Shown here one piece after another: positions 9,947 to 20,042 of a DNA stretch of 64,000 nt. Under the pieces are notes generated by a model. The model was given only the letters and a program-made list of their open reading frames with translations, searched no databases and was not told the origin of the DNA. Origin of the DNA: an uncultured Nitrososphaeraceae archaeon (lineage in GTDB: Archaea; Thermoproteota; Nitrososphaeria; Nitrososphaerales; Nitrososphaeraceae); the NCBI GenBank assembly GCA_963779615.1, contig CAVZZA010000004.1:128001-192000 (forward strand), in the 5' to 3' direction. The position numbers and the translations under genes were made by a program. The first letter of the stretch is position 1; the number at the start of each line of letters is the position of its first letter.

Positions 9947-10610
9947 ATGAGCAATGCAAATAGTTCTTTAAACAAGAATATGGGTATCTTACTGATTGCT
10001 ATACTTTCAATAGCAGTTATTGCCGAATTTAGTCAATTTACAAATGTCAATGCGTTGAAAAATTATTTTAATTGTACATACAAAAAAGGTAAATAATAAT
10101 GATAATTTTGCTATCCAAGACGCTTTCAAATGTTATGACAATATATTCAAAGGTGCTCAGCAATATGTAAATGAAACTTACCAAAACCCGGATGTAAATA
10201 ATCTGAATACAATAAAAGAAGTTGTATATACCAACCCCAACACATCTGTTGATTCACCTACCACTGCTACTACAACTACTAATGATAATGTAACAAACTC
10301 CAAGGTAAAAACAACAACTGGTGGCGATAAATTAATCTTGCCCATCAAGCTAAATGATGACCTAAGAACTACACACGTCTCTAAAACCGTTCATAATGAA
10401 AAACCAGATGTCCCCGACAACACCGACATGGCCTCAGAAACTACACACGTCTCTAAAACCGTTCATAATGAAAAACCAGATGTCCCCGATAACACCGACA
10501 TGGCCTCAGAAAAGTCGCCCGAGTCTACGCCTGATTTCAATTTAAATTCGGACTTACCATCAAACCCTCAATCATTTGATTTGCCCTTCGCCGCAGTGAT
10601 ACCCAAATAA
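9947..10610 (+). pseudogene. secreted/exported protein split by a +1 frameshift
   Basis: Signal-peptide-like MSNANSSLNKNMGILLIAILSIAVIAEFSQFTNVNALKNYFNC; removing one A from the A6 run at 10082-10087 joins it to the frame open through 10610. Confidence 0.7.
10367..10512 (+). repeat. 72-bp tandem duplication (2 copies)
   Basis: TTHVSKTVHNEKPDVPDNTDMASE twice; units start at 10367 and 10439 and differ by one synonymous base. Confidence 0.95.
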
Positions 10611-11171
10611 TTTTTTTTGGGTTTAGATTTAAGAGCAAATGAAACGGATATTTCCACCGGGATAACAGTATGCTACTGAAAAGGCCATTCCTGCGTTCAT
10701 GCATTTTTACATTACCGGTAATTTTCAAAATAAGGAAAAGTAGTTCTCTGGTTTTAAATCAACTGCATCGCCATTTATTTGCGATGACCTTTCTTCTGGT
10801 TCTATTTTCTGTTATCGTTGTTTTGTAAGACCTATTATTGGATATATTATTGATGGTCTTGTTTGTTATTTTTATCTCATTACTTTATTGCGATAATTAA
10901 GATTTAGTGATATTGATAACGCATTATGTCGCAATTATGTCCAATTGGATACTCTTTTTCTATATTCTGAGAACAGCATAATACAGACGGATTTGCAAAT
11001 TCTCTTGTGTGGCCATTATTTCTATTTTTTCTCTGTTTATATACAAAGTAAGGCATAGGTTAATGTACCAAAAAAAATGAATAAAGAAATTACGCTATAA
11101 AGATGGATATATTGAGTATGGTTCAATTTTTTTTTATATACTTCTAATTTAATAATCTAATAATAAGTGAT

Positions 11172-11540
11172 ATGAAAATTAATTTTAAATCAATCTATGA
11201 TTACATTTTGAGCCTTGACAGCAATGTTAGATTCGTAGGCTTTATTGATGACATGGGAAAACTCGTTTATGGTGGGATGCGACCAGGGATGATTTCATTA
11301 GAAACAGAAACTGAATCAATTAAAATTTATATGGAGTTTGCACTTATTAACAAAATTCATGCTGATTTTGATGCCATGTTAGGTAAGGTCATCTATTCTT
11401 TAACTGTCAGGGAAAAAATCAAAATATTGACCTTTCCTTTTGAAACCTACATTATTAGGATATCCACTGAAAGACAAACAGACCACGAAAAAATACTAAA
11501 CCTGGTTTTAGATTATCTAAAAAAAGTACAAATAAATTAA
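11172..11540 (+). CDS. thaumarchaeal roadblock/profilin-like protein (DUF6659-like)
   Basis: ILSLDSNVRFVGFIDDMGKLVYGGMRPG...LGKVIYSLTVREKIKILTFP. Confidence 0.7.
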   Translation: MKINFKSIYDYILSLDSNVRFVGFIDDMGKLVYGGMRPGMISLETETESIKIYMEFALINKIHADFDAMLGKVIYSLTVREKIKILTFPFETYIIRISTERQTDHEKILNLVLDYLKKVQIN

Positions 11541-13211
11541 TTATATTTTTTTTTCAATCTTGTTTATAACGTTCTTAATTCCAAGGTCCACTATATAATT
11601 ACCCAATCGAGGACCTCGCTCGGCATTAATCAATATTTTGTAAAACAAGCGAAAAAAATCTTTTGGTTCAATCTCGTTTTCTTTGGCATTTGTAAAGATT
11701 ATTGTTTGGATTTTTTGATTTAATGCGTCAGTATCCTGGTTTGTAGTGGATTTTTCTATATCGTTTGAAATTTTATTTAATTGCAGCAACACGTCACAGA
11801 TTGCCTTTTTATGTTTGCTTTCTATCTTTATTTTCATGCTATCTTCATCATACTCCAGGTTATCATCATCTTCAAAATCCTGAGCCCATTTCATTGCTAG
11901 TCTTATTTTAGCAATTATTTCCGGACTTTCATCTTTAATTAAACCATATTTTTTTAACCTTTCACATATTTTTTTGATGGAATCAGCCTCTTTGTTAATA
12001 AAAAGCTCTGATTGTTGAATCAATATTTTGTATGGAATGTGAACTTGGGAAGTGCCAGGTGGATTTAACTTATTGACATATTCATAAATCCCTTTTATTT
12101 TTATAGATTTACTTTTATTCTTTTCTTTAACTTTCTCAAAGTATATGTCTTCGTAAAAATCATATTCATCCATAAGATTTGGGATGTCTTCAACACTTAC
12201 ATGCCTGGTCCCAGATATTCTCTTATAAAGTAGTAATAAAATGGATTGGGGCGTTCCATATTTCAGCCACGTCTGGGGAGTCAATACATTTCCTGCAGAT
12301 TTACTTATTTTTTTTCCACCTTTATCGAGAAACATTTCATATTTTATATGGAAAGGATGATGAAACCCCAAAATTTCACTCGCAACCCAATCATTAATCC
12401 TTACCGAATCCATTATGTCCTTACCAAAGGCCTCAAACCTTATGTCAAAAGCACTCCACCTCGCTGCAAATTCGACCTTCCAGGCTAATTTTCCTTCACC
12501 ATTTTCTATTTTTGCCTCACCCTTGTATCCGCAACCGTTAATCAGTTTTTTATTTATTGTATTTCCGATGCATGAATAACCAATAGTTCTTTTATCTGGG
12601 AAATATTCCGTTGCATTTGCTACATACAGTCTACCACATTGTTGGCAGACGGGAAAATAAGGGAGGAACTTTGTATACTTTTGCTGACCTGTCAAATCCG
12701 CTATTTTGTCACCTATAATTTTACTATTAGTAAGAATATTGTGAGTTTGATTGGATAAGATCCCACTTTTGTATGCTTCTGATCCACTTTTAAATTTGTA
12801 ATTCACACCAACTTTGTCAAGACCCTCTAATAACAGACCGCTCATATGTGCACCGTAAGAATCATGGCAATCCCCGAAAGGGTCTGGTATTGCAGAAACT
12901 GGTTTGCATAAGTATTTGTTTAGCCATTCGGGCAATCCGTTTGGAACTTTTCTCAGTCCATCTAAATCGTCAGAAAATGCTATTAATTCTGATTTATAAC
13001 CCATATTTTGTAATGCGAGAGAAATTCCGTAGGCTCTTACCGCATCACCCATACTTCCTATGTGGGGAATCCCAGAAGCACCTAACCCGCTTTCTACTTT
13101 TATCATTTTGGTGGATCTACCAAGTTTTTTCTCCCTTTCAACAATGGTAAAAGCTACCTTGTCTATCCATGTTCCTTTACCGATTATGAGTTCTTCCAAA
13201 GAGTCGTCCAT
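11541..13211 (-). CDS. lysS: class I lysyl-tRNA synthetase
   Basis: SGLGASGIPHIGS (HIGH-like), DDLDGLRKVP, zinc knuckle, GKLAWKVEFAARW, KKISKS, GPRLG. Confidence 0.95.
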   Translation of the reverse strand: MDDSLEELIIGKGTWIDKVAFTIVEREKKLGRSTKMIKVESGLGASGIPHIGSMGDAVRAYGISLALQNMGYKSELIAFSDDLDGLRKVPNGLPEWLNKYLCKPVSAIPDPFGDCHDSYGAHMSGLLLEGLDKVGVNYKFKSGSEAYKSGILSNQTHNILTNSKIIGDKIADLTGQQKYTKFLPYFPVCQQCGRLYVANATEYFPDKRTIGYSCIGNTINKKLINGCGYKGEAKIENGEGKLAWKVEFAARWSAFDIRFEAFGKDIMDSVRINDWVASEILGFHHPFHIKYEMFLDKGGKKISKSAGNVLTPQTWLKYGTPQSILLLLYKRISGTRHVSVEDIPNLMDEYDFYEDIYFEKVKEKNKSKSIKIKGIYEYVNKLNPPGTSQVHIPYKILIQQSELFINKEADSIKKICERLKKYGLIKDESPEIIAKIRLAMKWAQDFEDDDNLEYDEDSMKIKIESKHKKAICDVLLQLNKISNDIEKSTTNQDTDALNQKIQTIIFTNAKENEIEPKDFFRLFYKILINAERGPRLGNYIVDLGIKNVINKIEKKI

Positions 13212-13215
13212 AATT

Positions 13216-15051
13216 CTATAACAATTTTGTTACGTATGGTCCATTAATAGTATATCCAAATTTTCTATAGTACTCCCTGGTTCCTATTGCACTTATTACT
13301 GATAATTTTCTCAAGCTATATTCCTGTTTGCAAATATTTTCTGCCTCTTCAAGTAGTTTGTGGCCCAAACCCTTATGTTGATAATCATGTCCTTTTCTTT
13401 TTCTTATATTGTTATTGCTGTTGTTGTTTTTTTCTAATCTTCTGTCCTCTGTCGTTTTTTCTCCAATTCGCACAAGGGGACCATATACATGCAATTCTCT
13501 GACGACACCCGATAAAATTTTTCCTCCCGCTAAATCGCCATTCTCCACCACTCCTGTCAATTCATCTCTTTGAGGATTTGGCATAAGCCTTAATCTTAAA
13601 AAACCAAATATGATGTTATTGTCTTTAGTTTCAAAAGATAGGAAGATCTCCTTTCCACCTGAAGAAAAATAATCTGATCTGCAAAGCTTTAAATCATCTT
13701 TGGAAAACTCTGTTTGAACCCTCTTTAATCCTATTTCACGACACCTTATGCATTTGCACTTTATTCCCTGCTTTTCTAATTCAAATAGAACTAGTTGTCT
13801 CAAATTCCCTATTTTTGGGCCTGAAATAACATCACTTGATTCTATCTCGCGCTGGATTCTCATGATTCTGACCCAAGGTGGAATTGTTTTTTTGATCTCT
13901 ACTAAAATTTTTACCAAATCATCAGTTGAATAGCTGTTATATCTTTTTTCCTGATAGAGTTTGTGTAACCCAGTATTTTTTATCACAAGTGTTGGGTAAA
14001 TTTTTAACATATCCGGCTTTAATCTTTCATCTTCGAATAATTTCTTAAAATCATCAATATCCTGTTTAATTGTGGACTTGGGTAAGCCGGGCATCATATG
14101 AGCTACAATTTTGTATCCACAATTTTTTGCCAGATAAAAAGCCTCATAAACATCATTTAGTTCATGGCCACGATTGACTGCTTTGTAAACCTCATTACTT
14201 AATGATTGAACTCCAATTTCAATTCTTGTGGTTCCTAATTCAAGCATGGTATCGATATGTTCTTTTTTACAATAATCTGGCTTTGTTTCAATTGTGAGCC
14301 CAACACATCTTAAATTTGATTTCTCGTTATTTTTTTTTGCTTCTTCTAAATTCTCGCTTAACTTAAATTCCAAAATAAGTTCATTTCGAGCAGATTCCAC
14401 ACTATAAGCTTTCTTACTAAATAAATGCATATCAAACAAGCTAAATGCATCATAACATTTTTTAACAAAATCTTTTTGATAACTTACCGGATAAAAAGGG
14501 AAGGTTCCTCCGACAATAACAAGTTCTGCTTTGTCAACGTTATGGCCCCTTTCAATTAGTTGTATAGCTTTTGACCAAACTTGCCTGAAAGGATCGTAGT
14601 TAACATGTTGTGCTATTTTGGTAACAGGTTCTGTACCGATATAACTTAATGGGGTGTTGTCCTCAATCCCACCGGGGCAATAAATGCATTTTCCATGCGG
14701 ACAATCAAATGGCATCGGCATCACAGTTATGACTGCAATGCCTGATGATGTTTTAGTTGGTTTCAGTCTTAATAGTTTTTTGTAATGGTTATCATCTGGT
14801 AAAAGTTTTATGATATCAACATTTTTTGGAATTTTCGATAACTTATACTTTGAGGACTTGTTTTTTATAATGTGAAATATTTCTTTTTCTGGATTATAGC
14901 CATTGGTATTTAAAAATAATATTTCACTAGCGATTTCTTCACATGCTTTTTGATACGAGATATCATTGCTTGCCCGCTTGTTTTTGATATCTTCAACAAA
15001 TGAATTTAATAGAATATCGAATGCATTTGTAGTATTTTTATCTTTAAACAA
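13216..15051 (-). CDS. elp3: Elp3 tRNA U34 carboxymethyltransferase (radical SAM + GNAT)
   Basis: KTSSGIAVITVM, CPHGKCIYCPGG, ETKPDYC, KIYPTLV, RELHVYG, QHKGLG, VISAIGTREYYRKFGY. Confidence 0.95.
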   Translation of the reverse strand: MFKDKNTTNAFDILLNSFVEDIKNKRASNDISYQKACEEIASEILFLNTNGYNPEKEIFHIIKNKSSKYKLSKIPKNVDIIKLLPDDNHYKKLLRLKPTKTSSGIAVITVMPMPFDCPHGKCIYCPGGIEDNTPLSYIGTEPVTKIAQHVNYDPFRQVWSKAIQLIERGHNVDKAELVIVGGTFPFYPVSYQKDFVKKCYDAFSLFDMHLFSKKAYSVESARNELILEFKLSENLEEAKKNNEKSNLRCVGLTIETKPDYCKKEHIDTMLELGTTRIEIGVQSLSNEVYKAVNRGHELNDVYEAFYLAKNCGYKIVAHMMPGLPKSTIKQDIDDFKKLFEDERLKPDMLKIYPTLVIKNTGLHKLYQEKRYNSYSTDDLVKILVEIKKTIPPWVRIMRIQREIESSDVISGPKIGNLRQLVLFELEKQGIKCKCIRCREIGLKRVQTEFSKDDLKLCRSDYFSSGGKEIFLSFETKDNNIIFGFLRLRLMPNPQRDELTGVVENGDLAGGKILSGVVRELHVYGPLVRIGEKTTEDRRLEKNNNSNNNIRKRKGHDYQHKGLGHKLLEEAENICKQEYSLRKLSVISAIGTREYYRKFGYTINGPYVTKLL

Positions 15052-15392
15052 ATATTAGGTAAATTAAAACTTTTGTGAATTAAAATGTTATTACATTTTA
15101 TCTTTTTACAAAGTTTAAGACACTATTTAGGACAATCTTAGACGGGCGAGGATTTCAATCACAGAGAAAAAAAGGACAATTGAAGCATCCTTATTCTAAA
15201 TTTATGATGGTTTAAAAGAATAAAGGGAATAAAGTGAACCATGTGTGGAAAAACAAGGGTACACGAATGTGGATTTTATAACCAAACCCTAGTATGAAAA
15301 ATTTTTGAAAATTTTATATTTCAGTAAAAAAGATATATTTTTCTACTAGTCTATCAATATTTAAAAAGCCTCTATACAGAGGGTAAGGTTTA

Positions 15393-15514
15393 GGGCGTTT
15401 TTCCTTTTTTTTTGCCGTTTGCGGTGTCAAATAAGAAGAGAGATAACTGAAACAAGATATACGAAATACATTCTTTATTTTATTACCACAAAGTAGAACA
15501 TTAGGGAATACGCC
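15393..15514. mobile_element. possible degenerate MITE-like element
   Basis: Imperfect inverted ends GGGCGTTTTTCC / GGGAATACGCC flanked by TTA and TAA in a long intergenic region. Confidence 0.3.
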
Positions 15515-15859
15515 TAAATCCATTTTTTTTGATTGTTACGATAAGCCATACAGGCATAAGAGATTGAATTCAAAACAAAATTTCAAGTTAAGGCCAACAA
15601 AAAAAAGTAAAAATTTACTTGTGCATCAATACCAAAAATATAATGTCTCATTTATAGAATATCCAATAACATTCAAAAAGCACATCTGGTATTGCATTGC
15701 TATTTCCTTAAAGATGCCTGATTTTTAAGTTCTGTTTAGGTGTTTGAAGTAAATAATAGTAAATTTTTTAATTGGATTCGCATATCAACACATTTTCTAT
15801 AACTTAATTTCAGGTTTATTGTTTATATCTGTTGTAGAGATATTTGGACAGTAAAGAAA

Positions 15860-16945
15860 TTAAATCTTTAACAAATTATTATCTTTATCCTTATTTTTGA
15901 TAAAACAATTTCCACTACCGTTTGATTTTATTTTTCCGATTATCTGACATTTTAATTTATCCTCCTTTATGCTATTCATAATGTTCTCTGCCTCATCTTT
16001 TGAGGCAATAACACAAAATCCAATTCCCATGTTAAATGTATTATACATTTCTGCGATGTCTATATTCCCATCAACCATTATCTGCTTGAATATCCCTTTT
16101 ATTTCGGGAAGATTATCTAAAAAATAATCAACTTTAGAATTTAATCTCTTTAATTTTGTAAATGCCCCTCCTGTAATATGTGATAGTCCATGAATTACTG
16201 TGGTGTCAAATTCATCAATTAATTTTAAAATTGTTTTCGAGTATATTGTCGTAGGTTTAAGGAGCTCTTTTCCAAGGCTATTATTCAGAAACTCAGGCTT
16301 GTCGTTAATAGAGTTTTTCTCTAAAAGTATTTTTCTTGCCAAAGTGTATCCGTTAGAGTGTAATCCTGAGCTATTAATCCCTATGATAAAATCGCCTGAT
16401 TTTATTTTGTTGCCAAGAATTAATCTCCTTTTATCATTTGTAACACCAAAAATCATCCCAGCCAAATCAAAATTGTGATCCTTTCCTTTGCCTGTTATTA
16501 TGTCAGGTAATATGGCAGTTTCACCTCCAACAATTGCAATGTTTGACAGTTTTGCGCCCTTGATAAGACCTTTTGTTATTTCTTTTAAAAGAAGGTCATT
16601 TGTTTTTTGCAAAGCAATGTATGATAAATAACCTATGGGTTTTGATCCCACACAAACTATGTCGTTTACATTCATAGCTATACAATCAATACCTATTGTA
16701 TCGAACTTTTTCATTAATTGTGCTATTATTATTTTTGATCCAACTCCATCAGTATGGAGGGACATGATTTTGTTGTCAATTTCGATTAAGCCCGCATAAT
16801 GACCAAAACCAGAAATTACCTTTCCGAAATTAAGAAACTGTTGGGTTTTTTCTATGTCTTTCCCAATTTGGTTTTGAATCATTTTAATTCTTTTTATATC
16901 GATACCAACTTCCTTATATTTTGTAATTTTATTTTTTGATGGCAT
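15860..16945 (-). CDS. purM: phosphoribosylformylglycinamidine cyclo-ligase (AIR synthetase)
   Basis: YKEVGIDI, HTDGVGSK, IAMNVND, GGETA, SSGLHSNGY, HITGG, TFNMGIG. Confidence 0.95.
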   Translation of the reverse strand: MPSKNKITKYKEVGIDIKRIKMIQNQIGKDIEKTQQFLNFGKVISGFGHYAGLIEIDNKIMSLHTDGVGSKIIIAQLMKKFDTIGIDCIAMNVNDIVCVGSKPIGYLSYIALQKTNDLLLKEITKGLIKGAKLSNIAIVGGETAILPDIITGKGKDHNFDLAGMIFGVTNDKRRLILGNKIKSGDFIIGINSSGLHSNGYTLARKILLEKNSINDKPEFLNNSLGKELLKPTTIYSKTILKLIDEFDTTVIHGLSHITGGAFTKLKRLNSKVDYFLDNLPEIKGIFKQIMVDGNIDIAEMYNTFNMGIGFCVIASKDEAENIMNSIKEDKLKCQIIGKIKSNGSGNCFIKNKDKDNNLLKI

Positions 16946-17038
16946 TTTACTATTAATTTAAAAAAAAGGATTCACCTATAACAATAAAAACTTTATCATC
17001 CAATACCATTACTAAGTAAAATGGATAGAGTTAATTTT

Positions 17039-18220
17039 TTATTGATTTGCTCTGGGTTTCCTATTTACTAAACTGGTATATTCGCATCCCATTGGGCCGC
17101 AATATCTGCCAACGTAAACGGCCTTTGGCCTATAAAGTGCAGGTTTTGGAGCTGCTTCTGCAAATTTTTCTTCCATCACATGCGAGTTCCACCCTGCTAT
17201 TCTGGAAATAGCAAAAATTGGGGTGTTCAAATCGACAGGAATTGCTAGACTGTAATAAATCGATGCACTGTATAAATCGACATTTGGATAAATCATTATT
17301 TTCCTTTTCTCCAGCATGATTTGTTTTGTTACGAGTTCGACTTTTTCTGTGATCTCATACCATTTGGTATCTTTTTCTTTTGATATAGCCCTTGATAGTG
17401 TGGCAAGGACTTCGGAACGTGGATCTGTGGTCCTATAGACAGCATGCCCCATCCCCATAACTCTGCCGCCACCTTCCAGTCTTTTTCTAACCCAATTCTC
17501 AACATTTTCTATGTCCCCTATTTCAAGCAACATTTTCATAACCTGTATGTTGGCCCCTCCATGAAGTTCGCCCGATAATGCACCAAGGGCTCCACCAACA
17601 CATGCATATAGACTGGCCCTGGTAGATGCTATCTCTCTTGCTGCAAAAGTTGAAGCATTAAAGCTATGTTCAGCATGAAGAATCAGACTAATATCGAATA
17701 TCTTTGAAACTTCATGCTTAGGGTTTTCACCTTTCAACATAAAAAGAAAATTATGAGCATGAGTATTATCATTTAATGGCTCAATTACTTCCTTACCTTT
17801 CCTTACCCTGTCCCATGCAGCAACAATTGTGGGAATTTTCGCAATTAGGGATATAGCTCTAGCCAAATTATTTTCTTTTCCTTCATCCATTCTGTTACAA
17901 TCATAATCTGCAAGTTCCAACACTGAAGATTGTAGTATATCCATAGGATGCGCACTAACAGGTTTATTTTTCATATTTTTGATTAAAGATTCAGGAATTT
18001 TTCTTAACTTTATTAATTTGTTGTTAAATTCATTCAGTTCTTCTAAACTTGGCAATTCACCAAATAGTAATAGAAAGGCAGTTTCTTCATAAGTTGAATG
18101 ATTGGCTAAATCAAGAATATCATAACCTCTGTAAATAAGTTTCCCATTTTCACCATCAATGGAACATATCTTTGTGTCTGCTACCTCGATATTCCTTAAA
18201 CCGATATTCCGAGTATCCAT
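17039..18220 (-). CDS. gltA: citrate synthase
   Basis: GKLIYRGY, LHAEHSFNASTF, LHGGAN, GMGHAVY, YPNVD. Confidence 0.93.
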   Translation of the reverse strand: MDTRNIGLRNIEVADTKICSIDGENGKLIYRGYDILDLANHSTYEETAFLLLFGELPSLEELNEFNNKLIKLRKIPESLIKNMKNKPVSAHPMDILQSSVLELADYDCNRMDEGKENNLARAISLIAKIPTIVAAWDRVRKGKEVIEPLNDNTHAHNFLFMLKGENPKHEVSKIFDISLILHAEHSFNASTFAAREIASTRASLYACVGGALGALSGELHGGANIQVMKMLLEIGDIENVENWVRKRLEGGGRVMGMGHAVYRTTDPRSEVLATLSRAISKEKDTKWYEITEKVELVTKQIMLEKRKIMIYPNVDLYSASIYYSLAIPVDLNTPIFAISRIAGWNSHVMEEKFAEAAPKPALYRPKAVYVGRYCGPMGCEYTSLVNRKPRANQ

Positions 18221-18368
18221 CCATTAAATCTAATTTTAGTATTGTATGAGGATATTAAAGCGATTCTATTGGTAGAAGTTATTACAACATTGTTCTATTC
18301 CCATTTGCTTTTTGAAAATTTTATAACAAATTTAATATTATCTTTACTTCACCTAAACTTCATATTAA

Positions 18369-19151
18369 ATGGACGATTTTACTTTAATCGATAAATCTAT
18401 CAATTTTTTTATCGAAAATCAGGTGCGAACAGGAAATGTTAAAGGAGTAGTGATCGGGCTTTCTGGAGGCATAGATTCCTCAGTTGTTGCTTATTCAGCT
18501 TCTAGGGCATTAGGAAAAGAGAATGTATTGGGATTGATATTGCCCGATAAAGATATTACACCGCAGCAGGATATAGATGATGCATTAGAAATTTGTTCTA
18601 TTTTGGATCTAGAATACAAAATAATACACATTAACAGCATTAAGGACCAAATTCTAAATAATGTTGAAAAAACAGACAATAATTTGGTTAAAGGGAATCT
18701 GTTATCAAGGGTTAGAATGTGTATACTTTACTATTATGCAAATTTATTAAACAGGTTTGTCCTTGGAACCGCAAATAAAACCGAGCTAACCATAGGTTAT
18801 TTTACAAAATATGGTGATGGGGCATCTGATTTATTTCCTATCGGTGGTTTGTACAAGACACAAGTTAAGGGTTTTGCCAAGTTCCTTAATATTCCAAATC
18901 CAATAATAAACAAAAAAAGCAGTGCTAGACTATGGAAGGATCAACAAACCGAGGATGAAATTGGTCTGTCGTTCGATGATCTGGATGCTGTGTTAGCATA
19001 TATTGATAAAAGGAAGGATAATGCAGCCAGTATTTTTTCATTAAAAGACTCATTTCCACTGATACCGCCAGACAAAATCAAGCATATATTGAGTTTAATA
19101 AAAAAAAGCGAACACAAATTTTCCTTTCCTCCAATTTGTAATTTAAACTAA
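18369..19151 (+). CDS. nadE: NH3-dependent NAD+ synthetase
   Basis: GLSGGIDSS, GNLLSRVRM, GTANKTE, GYFTKYGDG. Confidence 0.95.
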   Translation: MDDFTLIDKSINFFIENQVRTGNVKGVVIGLSGGIDSSVVAYSASRALGKENVLGLILPDKDITPQQDIDDALEICSILDLEYKIIHINSIKDQILNNVEKTDNNLVKGNLLSRVRMCILYYYANLLNRFVLGTANKTELTIGYFTKYGDGASDLFPIGGLYKTQVKGFAKFLNIPNPIINKKSSARLWKDQQTEDEIGLSFDDLDAVLAYIDKRKDNAASIFSLKDSFPLIPPDKIKHILSLIKKSEHKFSFPPICNLN

Positions 19152-19244
19152 TTTTGTTAAAAGAGTTGTTTTTTTTTGGCAGGCCATTATGTACCCACTG
19201 ATAAAACATACCATTTTTAAATAGGTTATAATTTTCTTCTTATT

Positions 19245-20042
19245 ATGGTCCTTGGAAAAGATGTTCGGCTAAACAGAATCTTAAACAAAGGAAAAATGCT
19301 GTGTGTTCCAATGGATCATGGAATAAGCACAGGCCCATTAGATGGTATTAAAAATATAAGTAAATTTATTTATGATACTGAGGGCTCTGGTTTAACTTGT
19401 TTTCTAGTGAATAAAGGTATTATAAAGATCCTGCCAAGACCTCTAAAGATTGGGTTAATAGCACATATGTCCGCGAGTACTTCGCATGGCCCTGATCCAA
19501 ACAAAAAAGTTATTTTAGGTTCTGTTAATGAGGCAATCAGGTTAGGTGCCGACGCTGTTTCACTACATATCAATATTGGTTCTCAGGATGAGGCATCGAT
19601 GTTATATGCCTTAGGACAAATTGCCGATGAGTGTAATGAGTGGGGTATCCCATTAATTGCTATGATGTATCCCCGGGGAGAAAACATTAAGAATCCAAAT
19701 GATCCATCAATAATTTCTCATGCTTCAAGAATAGGAGCTGAAGCAGGAGCGGATATAGTTAAGACCGTATATACTGGGGACATAGATACCTTTAGAGACG
19801 TAGTAAAAAGCTGTCCCGTCCCAGTAGTTATTGCAGGAGGCCCCAAATCAAAAACAAGCGGTGATATTTTAGAAATGTGTTTTGGTGCAATACAGGCTGG
19901 TGCTATAGGCGTCACTTTTGGTAGAAACATATTCCAGCATTCTAACCCAAAGAAAATAATAAATGCTCTTCATGAGATTATTATTGGTAATAAAAAATAT
20001 GACGAGGTGCTAGAAAATTTTGAAAGAAAACAAAAGGAATAA
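19245..20042 (+). CDS. 2-amino-3,7-dideoxy-D-threo-hept-6-ulosonate (ADH) synthase, archaeal AroA'
   Basis: DhnA-type aldolase (PMDHG, MMYPRG, GADIVKT, IAGGPK, GRNIFQ) directly upstream of DHQ synthase II. Confidence 0.88.
   Translation: MVLGKDVRLNRILNKGKMLCVPMDHGISTGPLDGIKNISKFIYDTEGSGLTCFLVNKGIIKILPRPLKIGLIAHMSASTSHGPDPNKKVILGSVNEAIRLGADAVSLHINIGSQDEASMLYALGQIADECNEWGIPLIAMMYPRGENIKNPNDPSIISHASRIGAEAGADIVKTVYTGDIDTFRDVVKSCPVPVVIAGGPKSKTSGDILEMCFGAIQAGAIGVTFGRNIFQHSNPKKIINALHEIIIGNKKYDEVLENFERKQKE

Noticed and set aside
10367-10512. Repeat considered as a CRISPR array
   Set aside because: Two abutting 72-bp in-frame units without spacers; no cas genes in the window.
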